64,000 nt of DNA from an uncultured Dehalococcoidia bacterium (GCA_964439905.1 CAYTPK010000022.1:90258-154257); one strand, 5' to 3'; counted from the stretch's first letter, positions 48,341 to 58,901 are shown. Made by a program: numbers and translations. The notes: generated by a model not told the origin, from the sequence alone.

Positions 48341-50800
48341 TTATCCGATCGCTCCTTTTAAATCTCCTTTAAACCGTTGAACCTCTTTTGATAATAGGAC
48401 GTTGGTTTTGTCCATTAGAAGAGGATCGGTTGCTAGAATATTGGATGCTTCTTCTCGGGCGAGCACTAATAGATCTTGATCAGTTAATCGTGCTAATCGT
48501 AGATTAGGAAGTCCACTTTGCCGAGTACCGAATAAATCCCCGGGGCCTCTAAGTTGGAGATCTATTTCAGCCAATTTGAAACCGTCATGGACAGTTTCCA
48601 TAGCTGCCAATCGTTCACGGGCGTTAGTGCTAGGATTATCTGAAAGAAGGAGACAATAACTTTTGTGAATACCTCTGCCGACTCGCCCACGGAATTGATG
48701 GAGTTGGGAGAGACCGAATCTATCAGCCGTCTCTATTAGCATGACTGTGGCATTTGGTATATCAATTCCTACTTCTACTACAGGAGTAGAAATTAGGATG
48801 TCAATTTCCCCTTGCTTAAAAAGATTCATGACATCTTCTTTTTCTTTAGCTCTCATCCGACCATGGAGTAGACCCAAATTGAGATCTGGGAATATATTAG
48901 ATTGAAGGTGATCAAATCCTTCTATAGCTGCACCAGATTCAATGGTGTCTGATTCCTCTACTAGGGGGAAGATTATAAATGCTTGTCGTCCAGAATCGAT
49001 TTGGTTACGAATGAAACCATGTGCCGCATCTCTTTTACCGTGGGGTACCCATTTGGTTAGCACTTCTTGTCTTCCAGGTGGCAATTCATCTATTGTGGAA
49101 ATATCCAAGTCGCCAAATAGGGTTAAGGCCAACGTTCGAGGAATTGGTGTGGCGGACATAACTAATAAATGGGGTGTGGTTATACCTTTTGCTCTAAGTT
49201 CCGACCTTTGCATAACCCCAAAACGTTGTTGTTCGTCTACTATAGCTAATGCTAAATTTGGAACGTTGATAGTATCTTGTATAAGCGATTGGGTGCCAAT
49301 TATGATGTCAAGCGATCCGGAGTTTGCTAAGTCCTGAAGTTTTGTTCGAGTAGATTTTTTTGTACTACCAGTAATTAATCCTATAGATATGGGACTAGAA
49401 TCTGAGGATATTTGAGTTTTTATCAAATTATCGTGATGTTCAAGTTTTGGAGTATCGGATAATAATTTCAATGATGTGGCAAAATGTTGTTCTGCCAATA
49501 TTTCGGTAGGAACCATGATAGTACCTTGGTAACCATCTGATACACACGCTAGTAGAGCAGCTAAGGCTACTACCGTTTTGCCGCTCCCTACTTCCCCTTG
49601 TAATAATCTACTCATTGGAATAGTTCTTTTTTTCATATCTGTTAAGATTTCTTTTACACATCTTTGCTGTGCGGGTGTGAGATCAAAAGGCAATCTTTTT
49701 AAAAAGGGTGAGACGAATTCCTTTTCGTCGTTTATGGGTATGCTTTGTCCCGATTGTTGCCAGTCTTTGCGCTGCATGTGTACGGCAAGTTGTAGTAGTA
49801 AAAGTTCGTTGAATGCTAGGCGACGACGGGCCTGTTCGAACGAATGAGCGCTGTCTGGAAAATGAGCTTGACGAATCGATTCTGTTAGAGTATTGAGCCC
49901 GGTTCTTTTCAGTAAATCCTTGGGAAGAAATTCTTTGATAGACGAAGACCATTCATCTAAGGCTTGCCAAACGATGCGTCTCATGTTTCTGGCCGTTAGC
50001 CCTTCTGTCAGTGGGTATATAGGAACTAGGCGACCCGTATGTATTAAAGGAGAACTATGCGAGAGAATCTCATAGTTTGGAGATTCCATTAGGCGGTCTC
50101 TATTGAAGAAATCGAGTTTGCCACTCAAGATTATCTTTGAACCCGTAGGAAATTGTTTGGCTAGGTAACTTTGACCGAACCACATGATTTTGATGTTGCC
50201 GGTCTCATCTCCCACCAACGCTTCAGTTGCTTTGAGTCGGCCACTTTTGCCTAAAGAAACGACTCTCGCCTCCCACACTGTCACTTCAACTGTGGAGTGT
50301 TCTCCGGGTATGAGTTCTGAGATCTTCGTATGACGACTGTAGTCTAAATGACGGCGAGGGAATAAATAAAGAAGATCCTTGACTGATTCCACATCAAGCC
50401 GTGCGAATTTTTGAGCGGTTTTAATATCTACCCGTCGAAGACTAGATATTGGTGTTTTTTCAGGTGACGCGGTTCTAGAGATCGGCTTTTTGGTCCGGGT
50501 AGATGTTTGTTTCGGTTGGGCACGTTTTGTATTAGATTTTACTTGTTTATTTGGGAAATGCTCCAACCATCGGTGAGTCCATTCGCGTCTACTACTGGGA
50601 GTTAACGACGAATAAGTCTGTTCAAGGAGCCTCTTAGCTATAGGGCTCCTGGGAAAAGCTGATCTTAGATCTTTTCTCCAATGTTCTATGAAAAGGTCTA
50701 ATCCTCCTGCCACCGCCTTATTATCAAAACCGCGTTTTTCTTCCAGATTCAGTATATTTTTTAGAGTCGTCAGATCCAACTTGTGGGCAGGGTTTTCCAT
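48341..50800 (-). CDS. recG: ATP-dependent DNA helicase RecG (long N-terminal extension)
   Basis: 819 aa. It has a wedge/OB region, LQGEVGSGKT (Walker A), DEQQRFG (the DEQH-box position), MSATPIPRT and QLHQFRGRVGRG. Confidence 0.92.
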   Translation of the reverse strand: MENPAHKLDLTTLKNILNLEEKRGFDNKAVAGGLDLFIEHWRKDLRSAFPRSPIAKRLLEQTYSSLTPSSRREWTHRWLEHFPNKQVKSNTKRAQPKQTSTRTKKPISRTASPEKTPISSLRRVDIKTAQKFARLDVESVKDLLYLFPRRHLDYSRHTKISELIPGEHSTVEVTVWEARVVSLGKSGRLKATEALVGDETGNIKIMWFGQSYLAKQFPTGSKIILSGKLDFFNRDRLMESPNYEILSHSSPLIHTGRLVPIYPLTEGLTARNMRRIVWQALDEWSSSIKEFLPKDLLKRTGLNTLTESIRQAHFPDSAHSFEQARRRLAFNELLLLQLAVHMQRKDWQQSGQSIPINDEKEFVSPFLKRLPFDLTPAQQRCVKEILTDMKKRTIPMSRLLQGEVGSGKTVVALAALLACVSDGYQGTIMVPTEILAEQHFATSLKLLSDTPKLEHHDNLIKTQISSDSSPISIGLITGSTKKSTRTKLQDLANSGSLDIIIGTQSLIQDTINVPNLALAIVDEQQRFGVMQRSELRAKGITTPHLLVMSATPIPRTLALTLFGDLDISTIDELPPGRQEVLTKWVPHGKRDAAHGFIRNQIDSGRQAFIIFPLVEESDTIESGAAIEGFDHLQSNIFPDLNLGLLHGRMRAKEKEDVMNLFKQGEIDILISTPVVEVGIDIPNATVMLIETADRFGLSQLHQFRGRVGRGIHKSYCLLLSDNPSTNARERLAAMETVHDGFKLAEIDLQLRGPGDLFGTRQSGLPNLRLARLTDQDLLVLAREEASNILATDPLLMDKTNVLLSKEVQRFKGDLKGAIG

Positions 50801-50871
50801 AGTTAAAGTGTAGCACGGTGACAGTTAAGACCCAAGAATTAGGTTAATCTGATAGGCAGTTGCTTATTCAG

Positions 50872-51726
50872 TTAGGATTTAAGAAGTCCTAATCCGAGTG
50901 CGCCTGGGCCTGCATGAGTTCCAACCACTGGCCCTAGCTTGCATAGGGTTATGGTTTTAAGATTCAGATGTTCAGATAAAGTATCTTGTAAAGACTGGCA
51001 ATCATCAGGAGTAGTATTGTGAAAAACGAACAGATCTTCTATATCTCCTCCAGAGATTGCCAGCTGGGCTAGCCTATCTATTGCTTTGATTCGGGTCCGT
51101 ACCCGTTCTAGAGGACGTACTTCACCTTCTTCCATAGTAAGTATTGGTTTCAGTTTAAGCATCGAACCTAGAAAAGCCTGAGCCTTACCGATACGCCCAC
51201 CCTTTTCCAGAAATTCTAATGTGTCTACAACCACGTATACTTGAATTCTATTTACAACGCTTGGTATCAATTTCAGGATATCATTCAATCCTCGAGTTTC
51301 CTTTATGGCTTGTGCAGCCTTTAATACGGTTAAACCCAGTCCCACTGATACTTGTTGAGAATCCACAATTTCTATAGGCGCATCGGGACCAATCATGGCT
51401 TTTGCTTGTAACGCTGCATTATAGGTTGCACTGAGTTTTGATGAAACATGTATAGAGATGATTTGTGAGCCCGCATCTACTATTGGTTTATAGACTTCAT
51501 AGAAGTCTTGTACGGAAGGTTGTGATGTTGTTGGCAGATTAGCGTCATTGGCAAGAGTTTGATAGAAAGTAGTGTGGTCTATGTCTATGCCATCCCTTAG
51601 ACTTTCAATTCCATTAGCTGTTTTTATGTTGACATAAAGTGGTACAACCGAGATTTGATGTTCTTTGACTAAATCCGCCGGTAAATCTGCTGTGCTATCG
51701 GTAACTATTTGAATTGGCATAATCAC
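50872..51726 (-). CDS. DegV family fatty-acid-binding protein
   Basis: 284 aa. Contains IVTDSTADLP, TSQPS, ISIHVSSKLSATY and VGTHAGPGALG. Confidence 0.9.
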   Translation of the reverse strand: MIMPIQIVTDSTADLPADLVKEHQISVVPLYVNIKTANGIESLRDGIDIDHTTFYQTLANDANLPTTSQPSVQDFYEVYKPIVDAGSQIISIHVSSKLSATYNAALQAKAMIGPDAPIEIVDSQQVSVGLGLTVLKAAQAIKETRGLNDILKLIPSVVNRIQVYVVVDTLEFLEKGGRIGKAQAFLGSMLKLKPILTMEEGEVRPLERVRTRIKAIDRLAQLAISGGDIEDLFVFHNTTPDDCQSLQDTLSEHLNLKTITLCKLGPVVGTHAGPGALGLGLLKS

Positions 51727-53222
51727 TCCAAGGAAACTATGTAATTATAACGGGGTTGTCCTCCGTAAACCAGTTCTACTTCTAGGTTTGGAAGTAGTCT
51801 TTGTAGTTGGTTAGAGGTTTCTTTTGCTTCGTCTTCGTTTGTTGTGTGGCCCCAATACAAGGTCGCAAGACTGCACGTATGTAGCCCACACTCTAGTATG
51901 CCATTTTTTAGCACCTTTAGTGTAGTGTCACCTGTAATTATTTTACTGCCTTCAATCCGTCCAATTATTTGACCTTGTTTAATATCCGTTCCGTAGATCC
52001 TCGCATCTCTCGACGCCCTAGTAATTTCTAGAGTTTTTACGCTGGTAATGTTTTCTTTCATGGAATTTAGGACGTCTTCAACAGAGATTTCAGGGCTATA
52101 CCCCAAAAGTGCTGAAATACCCTGAGGAATGGACTTTGTAGGAATGCATATTAGTTCCACTTTAGTCATAGTTGCAGCTTGTAGAACGGCTGGTATTACG
52201 TCAGAGCTGTTGGGAAGTACCGCTACTTGTTTTGCTCCAATGCCCTCAACTCCAGTAATGATTTCTTGAGCACTTGGATTCATTATGTCGCCACAATTGA
52301 TTACAGAATGACATCCCAGTTCTTTAAGAACATTAGTAAACCCAGAACCGAAACATATAGCAAGTAAACCTAACGTGGGAGGATGATGGCGAAGCCCTTG
52401 AGATTTGAACTGCTGATGTTGAGAATCTATATCGTCCATGTGAAATTGGTCAGTTTTACCGAATCTGGAACAGGAGTCAAAAGTCTTCCTTGGCTCTGGA
52501 GTGTGTAAGTGAACCTTTATCAGAGATTCATCGCCTATAACTGTTACAGAATCTCCAAACTCTTCAATTGTGAGCCTTATCTGCTTCAGATCCATTAACT
52601 GACCTTCGATAATAAACTGCGTGCAATAGCCATAGGTATTCCCTTCAGTTTGTGAAAGAAAAGCTGGATTCACTTTAGGATATCCAACGAATTTAATGCC
52701 AGCAGGGGAGGCCATATCAATTCTTAGTTTATTTGGGTCGTCACCTTTGAAGTGGCAAATGAGACCTTCTAGTATTACTATTATCCCTTGCCCTCCTGAA
52801 TCAACCACTCCTGCTTCTTTCAGTATCGGGAGAAGCTCAGGCGTTCTTTCGAGCGAATGTTGGGCCTCTATAAGAGATGATTCAAGGAGATCCATGATAT
52901 CAGTGGAATCCAAGGCTTGATTCAGAGCTCTATTTGATAGATCTCTTAGGACTGTTAACATTGTTCCTTCTACGGGCTTAGATACAGCGTTATATGCCGC
53001 CTTAGATCCGGATTGGAATGCTTGCGCTAGTAGCGAGGCGTCACAATACTCATGACCTTCAAACCCTTTAGCCATTCCTGACAAAAATTGAGATAAGATT
53101 ACTCCACTGTTGCCACGAGCTCCCAACAAGGCTCCCCTTGAAATCCGTTTTGATGTGTCAGATAAATCTGGATTCTTATGGCCTTCAGTCTCTTTAATAA
53201 CGGATTGCATGGTCAATAACAT
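51723..53222 (-). CDS. yloV: DAK2 (DhaL)-domain protein YloV; true start probably upstream of 53222
   Basis: 499 aa counted from the first ATG. The open frame continues upstream to a stop at 53391-53393 and encodes the conserved DhaL N-terminus ...LNVFPVPDGDTGTNM. It therefore likely begins at a non-canonical codon, near 53375. Confidence 0.85.
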   Translation of the reverse strand: MLLTMQSVIKETEGHKNPDLSDTSKRISRGALLGARGNSGVILSQFLSGMAKGFEGHEYCDASLLAQAFQSGSKAAYNAVSKPVEGTMLTVLRDLSNRALNQALDSTDIMDLLESSLIEAQHSLERTPELLPILKEAGVVDSGGQGIIVILEGLICHFKGDDPNKLRIDMASPAGIKFVGYPKVNPAFLSQTEGNTYGYCTQFIIEGQLMDLKQIRLTIEEFGDSVTVIGDESLIKVHLHTPEPRKTFDSCSRFGKTDQFHMDDIDSQHQQFKSQGLRHHPPTLGLLAICFGSGFTNVLKELGCHSVINCGDIMNPSAQEIITGVEGIGAKQVAVLPNSSDVIPAVLQAATMTKVELICIPTKSIPQGISALLGYSPEISVEDVLNSMKENITSVKTLEITRASRDARIYGTDIKQGQIIGRIEGSKIITGDTTLKVLKNGILECGLHTCSLATLYWGHTTNEDEAKETSNQLQRLLPNLEVELVYGGQPRYNYIVSLE

Positions 53223-53470
53223 GTTTGTTCCGGTATCTCCGTCAGGGACAGGAAAAACATTGAGGGCATTTATAAGATCCGAATAGCGTTGGAGGCACAG
53301 TGTGGCCGTTGCAAGGCTATCGACAAATCCAAGTCCGTCTATTCGATCTAGTATTTTGCTTTTAGGATCTGGTATTGGATTCTCCTTGTCTTAAACCTGG
53401 GTCATCTGATACTATTCTATTCCAAATTCTAAGCTAATAGGGAAAGTAGGGTCAATTAGAGGGAGTATCC

Positions 53471-53665
53471 ATGAAATGCCAGTTCTGTGACAAAAAGGGC
53501 ATGTCTGGTAATAATGTCAGCCATTCCAAGAGACATACCAAAACCCGATTTCTGCCGAATATACAAAAGTTGACTATTGAGGTGAAAGGGGTTTACCAAC
53601 GAGTAAAGATATGCACTCGTTGTCTAAGGACGACCCATAAAACTTCAAAAATGATAACTAGTTAA
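53471..53665 (+). CDS. rpmB: 50S ribosomal protein L28
   Basis: 64 aa. MKCQFCDKKGMSGNNVSHSKRHTKTRFLPN is typical of bL28. A GAGGGAG Shine-Dalgarno sequence lies upstream. Confidence 0.92.
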   Translation: MKCQFCDKKGMSGNNVSHSKRHTKTRFLPNIQKLTIEVKGVYQRVKICTRCLRTTHKTSKMITS

Positions 53666-54347
53666 CCGGCTTTGATAACCTCGACCTGAGGTCATCCATA
53701 GCCTGGCTTATCGTGTTCTTGTTGTTGAATATAGCGGAACCTGCTACTACGGTGTCTGCCCCTGATTGAGCCACGAGGCTCGCAGTTTCCGGATTTACTC
53801 CTCCGTCCACTTCTATTTCAACGAGGTAACCCTTATCTTGTATGATGTTTTTAAGTTTGGTGGCTTTATTTAGCGCTGAGGGAATAAGGGTTTGACCGGA
53901 AAACCCAGGATTAACTGTCAGTATTAGAGCGATATCAATAAATGGCAAGACCTCTTCGATTGCGGAAATTGGAGTGGAGGGATTCAGAGCAACGCCTGCC
54001 CTTAGGCCGGCTTCCTTGATTTCGTGTATTACACTGTGCAGGTGATTAGCAGCCTCGACGTGAACAGTTATGTGATGAACTCCTGCTTTAATAAAGCTTT
54101 TGATATGACGATCCGGATCTACAACCATTAAATGGGCGTCCAGAGGCAAACTTGTGTATTCATTCAGATTTTCTATAACTACAGATCCGAATGTTAGATT
54201 GGGCACATATTGTCCGTCCATTATGTCGAGGTGAATGTAGTTTGCACCTGCGGAAGTGGCTTCACGGACTTGTTCTCCAAGACGCGAGAAGTCTCCAGAT
54301 AAAATAGAAGGCGCTATCTTAATATTTGTGTCATTCATAGGGCACAT
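53658..54347 (-). CDS. rpe: Ribulose-phosphate 3-epimerase
   Basis: 229 aa. Contains PSILSGDF, HLDIMDGQYVPNLTFG, VNPGFSGQ and DGGVN. Confidence 0.93.
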   Translation of the reverse strand: MCPMNDTNIKIAPSILSGDFSRLGEQVREATSAGANYIHLDIMDGQYVPNLTFGSVVIENLNEYTSLPLDAHLMVVDPDRHIKSFIKAGVHHITVHVEAANHLHSVIHEIKEAGLRAGVALNPSTPISAIEEVLPFIDIALILTVNPGFSGQTLIPSALNKATKLKNIIQDKGYLVEIEVDGGVNPETASLVAQSGADTVVAGSAIFNNKNTISQAMDDLRSRLSKPVN

Positions 54348-55734
54348 CTAATTCCTGTCTGGCCACTTTTATGGCTTTATTGACTCTGTTAGGTGCTGTG
54401 CCTCCAGGGATGTCCCTGGATTCCACAGAGCTTTTTAGATTAATAAGAAGAACGTCATGATCAAAGGCTCGTGAAAACTGTTTATATTCTTTTAGCGATA
54501 GTGTATGGATCTCTTTTTTGTTTTCCATGGCGTAATCGCAGATTTTGTTTACTATCGTATGCGCTTCCCTAAATGGTATACCTTTAGAAACCAAATAGTC
54601 AGCGACGTCGGTTGCCAGCATTTGACCCGTCTCGGCAGCCCGGGTAATGTTGTCGGTATTTACCGTCATCTTTCGTATTATCGCAGAGAAAACTTTTAGA
54701 GTTTGGTTAAGAGTATCAACGGAATCAAAATAACCCTCTTTATCCTCTTGCATATCACGGTTGTAGGTGAGAGGTAGACCTTTTAGCGTTGTGAGTATTG
54801 ACATCAAATTACCGTAGACGCGGCCGGTTTTGCCTCTGGCAATTTCTGCGTAGTCCGGATTGCTTTTTTGTGGCATGATACTACTACCAGTAGTGTGGGC
54901 GGGATCCAGAGTTATGTATCCGAATTCCTGTGATGCCCATAGGATTAATTCTTCCGCCAACCTGGATAGGTGCATCATACATACTGAGGCGGCCAATTGA
55001 TATTCTACTAGGTAATCCCTGTCAGAAACAGCGTCCATGCTATTAGCGCTGATTCTCTTGAATCCAAGCTCTGATGCCACAAACGCTCTATCGATAGGAT
55101 ATGGTACTCCTGCGAGTGCCCCACTCCCCAAGGGAAGAATGTCAGATGTATCGTAACACCTACGAAATCTAAGTTTGTCTCTCTCCAGCATTTGAAAGTA
55201 GGCAAGAATGTGGTGTGCAAAGAGGACAGGTTGAGCTCTTTGTAGATGGGTATATCCAGACATTATCAGGTCGTTGTGTTCTTCCGCTTTATCTAAAAGG
55301 CAATTTTGGAGAGCGGTGATTAGCTCTACACTTTGCGTACAAGATTTTTTGCAGAATATTCGCATATCTGTTGCGACTTGATCATTACGTGAACGTGCTG
55401 TGTGGAGTTTCCCGGCGATGTCTCCAATTTTCTCCTTTAGCCGTGCCTCTATATTCATATGGATGTCTTCTAGATCGGATTTCCACGGAAATGTTCCAGC
55501 CCGGATTTCGTTGATAATTAAGTCAAGGCCCTCGCAAATTATCTCTGAGTCGCGCTGATCAATAATTCCTTGTTTGGCCAGCATCTTGGAATGAACCTTT
55601 GAACCAAGAATGTCTTCTTCATATAGGCGCATGTCATAATGAATGGAGACTGTGTAGTTAGCAATATCGTTGTTCACGTGTAAACTTCTATGACTCTGTC
55701 TGGTTTCTCGTTTCAGTTCTAATGGGTAACCCAT
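54331..55734 (-). CDS. argH: Argininosuccinate lyase
   Basis: 467 aa. Contains RLYEEDILGS, TARSRNDQVATD and GSSIMPQKSNPD. The listed start overlaps argG by 47 nt. An in-frame GTG at 55677 would remove the overlap. Confidence 0.92.
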   Translation of the reverse strand: MGYPLELKRETRQSHRSLHVNNDIANYTVSIHYDMRLYEEDILGSKVHSKMLAKQGIIDQRDSEIICEGLDLIINEIRAGTFPWKSDLEDIHMNIEARLKEKIGDIAGKLHTARSRNDQVATDMRIFCKKSCTQSVELITALQNCLLDKAEEHNDLIMSGYTHLQRAQPVLFAHHILAYFQMLERDKLRFRRCYDTSDILPLGSGALAGVPYPIDRAFVASELGFKRISANSMDAVSDRDYLVEYQLAASVCMMHLSRLAEELILWASQEFGYITLDPAHTTGSSIMPQKSNPDYAEIARGKTGRVYGNLMSILTTLKGLPLTYNRDMQEDKEGYFDSVDTLNQTLKVFSAIIRKMTVNTDNITRAAETGQMLATDVADYLVSKGIPFREAHTIVNKICDYAMENKKEIHTLSLKEYKQFSRAFDHDVLLINLKSSVESRDIPGGTAPNRVNKAIKVARQELDVPYE

Positions 55735-56881
55735 AAATGGATATGAACCCTTCGGAGGCCCTGTGGTCGAATGTATCTCCTCGTTCGTATGTTGCCAAAG
55801 TATGACTGTACAATGCTCTTGGAGATTTACGCCCCACCACGATGCAGTTACCTTTGTGTAATTTTATTCGAACAGATCCAGTCACATTTTGTTGAGTACT
55901 TTCCACGTAAGCGTCCATATCGCGCCTATGGGCAGAATACCAAAGTCCATTATAAACCACGTCTGCATACTCTTGAGCTATTTGTTGTTTCATTCGGGAT
56001 TGGTTTTTGCTTAATGTAAGACTTTCCAGGGATTTATGTGCTGTGAAAAGAGTCAAACCCGCGGGAGCTTCATATACCTCCCTGGATTTTATGCCTACTA
56101 GGCGATTTTCGATATGGTCAATCCGTCCTATTCCGTGTTCTCCGGCGATCGAATTAAGGTGGTTTACTAGATCTAGGGGAGACATATCTTCACCGTCTAT
56201 TGAGGTCGGGGTTCCTTTGACAAACCCTATTTCTACATAGACTGGCTCATCTGGTGTTCTCGATATTGATTGGGTCCAGGTGTAAGCTTCTTCTGGAGGT
56301 TCTTCCCAGGGATCCTCGAGTTCCCCCGCTTCCACGCTACGACCCCAGAGGTTTTCGTCGACAGAAAATCTGCTCTTCTTTACCTCAACTGGGATGTTAT
56401 GTTGTAGAGCGTATTCTATTTCCTCGTCTCTTGACCAGCCCCACTCTCGTACGGGCGCAATAACCTTTAGGTCTGGAGCCAAAGCCCCTACACTTACATC
56501 CATCCTAACCTGATCATTTCCTTTCCCTGTGCAGCCGTGAGCTAATGATGTGGCTCCAAATTTAATTGCTGCCTCAGTCATATATTTTGCTATAAGTGGC
56601 CTTCCTAGGGCTGTAGCTAAAGGATAACGTTCTTCGTAGATTGCTCCGGCTTTGAGAGCTGGAAATACGAAGTTTTCTATGAACTCTCTGCGCCCGTCTA
56701 CTATTAGGGCTTCGGTAGCGCCTATCTGGAGCGCCTTTGATTTAACGGAGTCCAGATCCACCATGCCGAGGTCTGCAGTCAAGGTTATAACTTTGGCATT
56801 ATGATGTTCTTGAAGCCACCGTACGCAGACTGATGTATCTAATCCTCCACTGTAGGCTAATATAATTGTTTCCTTATCCAA
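55688..56881 (-). CDS. argG: Argininosuccinate synthase
   Basis: 397 aa with a TTG start. Contains AYSGGLDTS, HGCTGKGNDQVR and the WSRDE/ENRLVG region. Confidence 0.93.
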   Translation of the reverse strand: MDKETIILAYSGGLDTSVCVRWLQEHHNAKVITLTADLGMVDLDSVKSKALQIGATEALIVDGRREFIENFVFPALKAGAIYEERYPLATALGRPLIAKYMTEAAIKFGATSLAHGCTGKGNDQVRMDVSVGALAPDLKVIAPVREWGWSRDEEIEYALQHNIPVEVKKSRFSVDENLWGRSVEAGELEDPWEEPPEEAYTWTQSISRTPDEPVYVEIGFVKGTPTSIDGEDMSPLDLVNHLNSIAGEHGIGRIDHIENRLVGIKSREVYEAPAGLTLFTAHKSLESLTLSKNQSRMKQQIAQEYADVVYNGLWYSAHRRDMDAYVESTQQNVTGSVRIKLHKGNCIVVGRKSPRALYSHTLATYERGDTFDHRASEGFISIYGLPIRTETRNQTES

Positions 56882-56893
56882 TTTTTACTCCGG

Positions 56894-58078
56894 TCATATT
56901 TGAGTTAGAGCCTTCTCTATTCTTTCGACTCCCTGGGTAATTTCTTCTGTAGTGATGTTTAGTGCGGGCATTAGCCGTAGGGCATTGGGCTTAACCGCGT
57001 TTAATAAGACACCGGCCTCGTTCGTTTTCTCCAGGACTTTAGCCGATATATCGTCATCGAACTGTATCGCGATTAAAAGCCCTTTACCTCTAATCTCGTT
57101 AATGAAATTAAATCTAGATTTAAGATTTTCTAATAAATTCATTAGATAGTTGCCCTTAGTTCGAGCATTAGTCGCTAAATCGTTATCTATTATGTGTTTG
57201 GTTACAGCGTATGCTGCTGCGGAGGTAAGAGGGTTGCCTCCAAATGTTGATCCATGATCGCCGTACGTTAACGACATCGCATTATTTGTTGACATAAACG
57301 CGCCAATAGGTACTCCTCCTCCCAGTCCCTTTGCCAAAGTCATAACATCTGGTTGTAGATCATATTCTTGATATCCGAAGAGGCTACCTAAGCGGCCCAT
57401 GCCGGTCTGCACCTCATCTACCATGAAGAGTATGTTGTGTTGTTTGCACCAAGTTTGGACATTTTTGAGGTAATCGTCTGACGGTAAGTTCACTCCGCCC
57501 TCTCCCTGGATAGGTTCTAGGAATACTGCAGCGGTTTTGTCGTTTGTTGCTTCCTTGATCGCTGATAGATTGTTAAATTCTACGTGAACAAAACCGCTCG
57601 TTAGAGGTTTAAAATTTTCTTGATAGTGAGGTTGGCCAGTTGCCGCTATTGTCGTTAGGCTTCTCCCATGGAAAGAATTCAACGCCGTAATTATTTCATA
57701 AGCGCCATCTCGTTTCGTCATTCCATAACGCCGAGCTAATTTTATAGCCCCTTCGTTTGCCTCTAAACCACTGTGGCAAAGGAATATTCTGTCTAGGCAT
57801 GAGTTTTCGATTAGAATTTGGGCTAGTCTTAGCTGAGGTATCGTATAGTAAGCATTTGAGGTTTGGATGAGTTGTTGGGATTGCTCTTGGATGGCTTGAA
57901 CAAGAGCGGGGTGGTTGTGTCCGATGTTGCACACTGCCCAGCCAGCTGTGAAATCTAGGTATTCCTTGCCATCGACATCCCAGACTGTCGATCCTTTGCC
58001 ACGTATAATCACTATTGGTTGTCTGCGCACAGTTTGCGCGTAATATGTTTTTTCAAAGTTAATCCAGTCAGTACTCAC
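56894..58078 (-). CDS. argD: Acetylornithine aminotransferase
   Basis: 394 aa with a GTG start. It is a class-III aminotransferase with DEVQTGMGRLG and LAKGLGGGVPIGA (PLP lysine), and it sits in the arg cluster. Confidence 0.9.
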   Translation of the reverse strand: MSTDWINFEKTYYAQTVRRQPIVIIRGKGSTVWDVDGKEYLDFTAGWAVCNIGHNHPALVQAIQEQSQQLIQTSNAYYTIPQLRLAQILIENSCLDRIFLCHSGLEANEGAIKLARRYGMTKRDGAYEIITALNSFHGRSLTTIAATGQPHYQENFKPLTSGFVHVEFNNLSAIKEATNDKTAAVFLEPIQGEGGVNLPSDDYLKNVQTWCKQHNILFMVDEVQTGMGRLGSLFGYQEYDLQPDVMTLAKGLGGGVPIGAFMSTNNAMSLTYGDHGSTFGGNPLTSAAAYAVTKHIIDNDLATNARTKGNYLMNLLENLKSRFNFINEIRGKGLLIAIQFDDDISAKVLEKTNEAGVLLNAVKPNALRLMPALNITTEEITQGVERIEKALTQI

Positions 58079-58163
58079 TCTATCCTCTCTATTTACGGTT
58101 GAATTTTCACTATATTATGTTGTTGGGTTAATGTCCAATAAAGAGTGCAAAAACCTAGATTAT

Positions 58164-58901
58164 TCATAAGATTAAAGACTTCCTAATCTCCATAAACGTT
58201 GAGTGAGAAACAAGTGATCTCGCATACTGATAAATGGACCCATGAGTCTTGGATAGGATCCTAAGAGTTTCCTCCATAAAAAAACCTTTAACCACCAGGA
58301 AATCTTTAGGCAGACTGTTTATTACTTGTGCTTTGACTGGATCGCATAATATCTTCTCCTTCAGCAACTTCCATGGGGCCCTTGATAAAGCGTAATCATT
58401 CACGATGTTTCTATTGGATACATTTAACAGGCCAAGAATTACAGCAGCAAAAATTCCGGTTCTGTCTTTCCCTGCCATGCAGAAAAACACACTTGAATGA
58501 TCACTGTATCGGGCTATGATATCTAGCACTCTACTCATCTGATGTACAGATGTGGAATCTTCTAGGATAGAAAGATATGATTCTATTGGATTCGAAGGTA
58601 TATTCTGCCAAGTCTTCTCTCCAACTAATGGAATATTAAAGTAGTTGATACTGTGATCACAAAAATTTTCCAACTCGAACCCCTTAATTTCAGACGGGTT
58701 TCTAAGATCGATAATTGTCTTTACATCCAGAACTGACGTTATATACGATATATCATTTGTAGTGAGGTTCTGGAGTTCATCACTACGGAAAATCTTGTTG
58801 AATCGTGTAGTTGTACCGTCGTGTGTTTTATAACCGCCAAGGTCTCGAAAATTGAAACATCCTTCTAAGATAATGTCTTGTTGTCTATTAATGTGATTCA
58901 T
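58164..58901 (-). CDS. Protein-tyrosine phosphatase (Y_phosphatase3-like, CX5R)
   Basis: 245 aa. It has an N-terminal NFRDLGG motif and the active-site P-loop CMAGKDRTG. Confidence 0.8.
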   Translation of the reverse strand: MNHINRQQDIILEGCFNFRDLGGYKTHDGTTTRFNKIFRSDELQNLTTNDISYITSVLDVKTIIDLRNPSEIKGFELENFCDHSINYFNIPLVGEKTWQNIPSNPIESYLSILEDSTSVHQMSRVLDIIARYSDHSSVFFCMAGKDRTGIFAAVILGLLNVSNRNIVNDYALSRAPWKLLKEKILCDPVKAQVINSLPKDFLVVKGFFMEETLRILSKTHGSIYQYARSLVSHSTFMEIRKSLIL

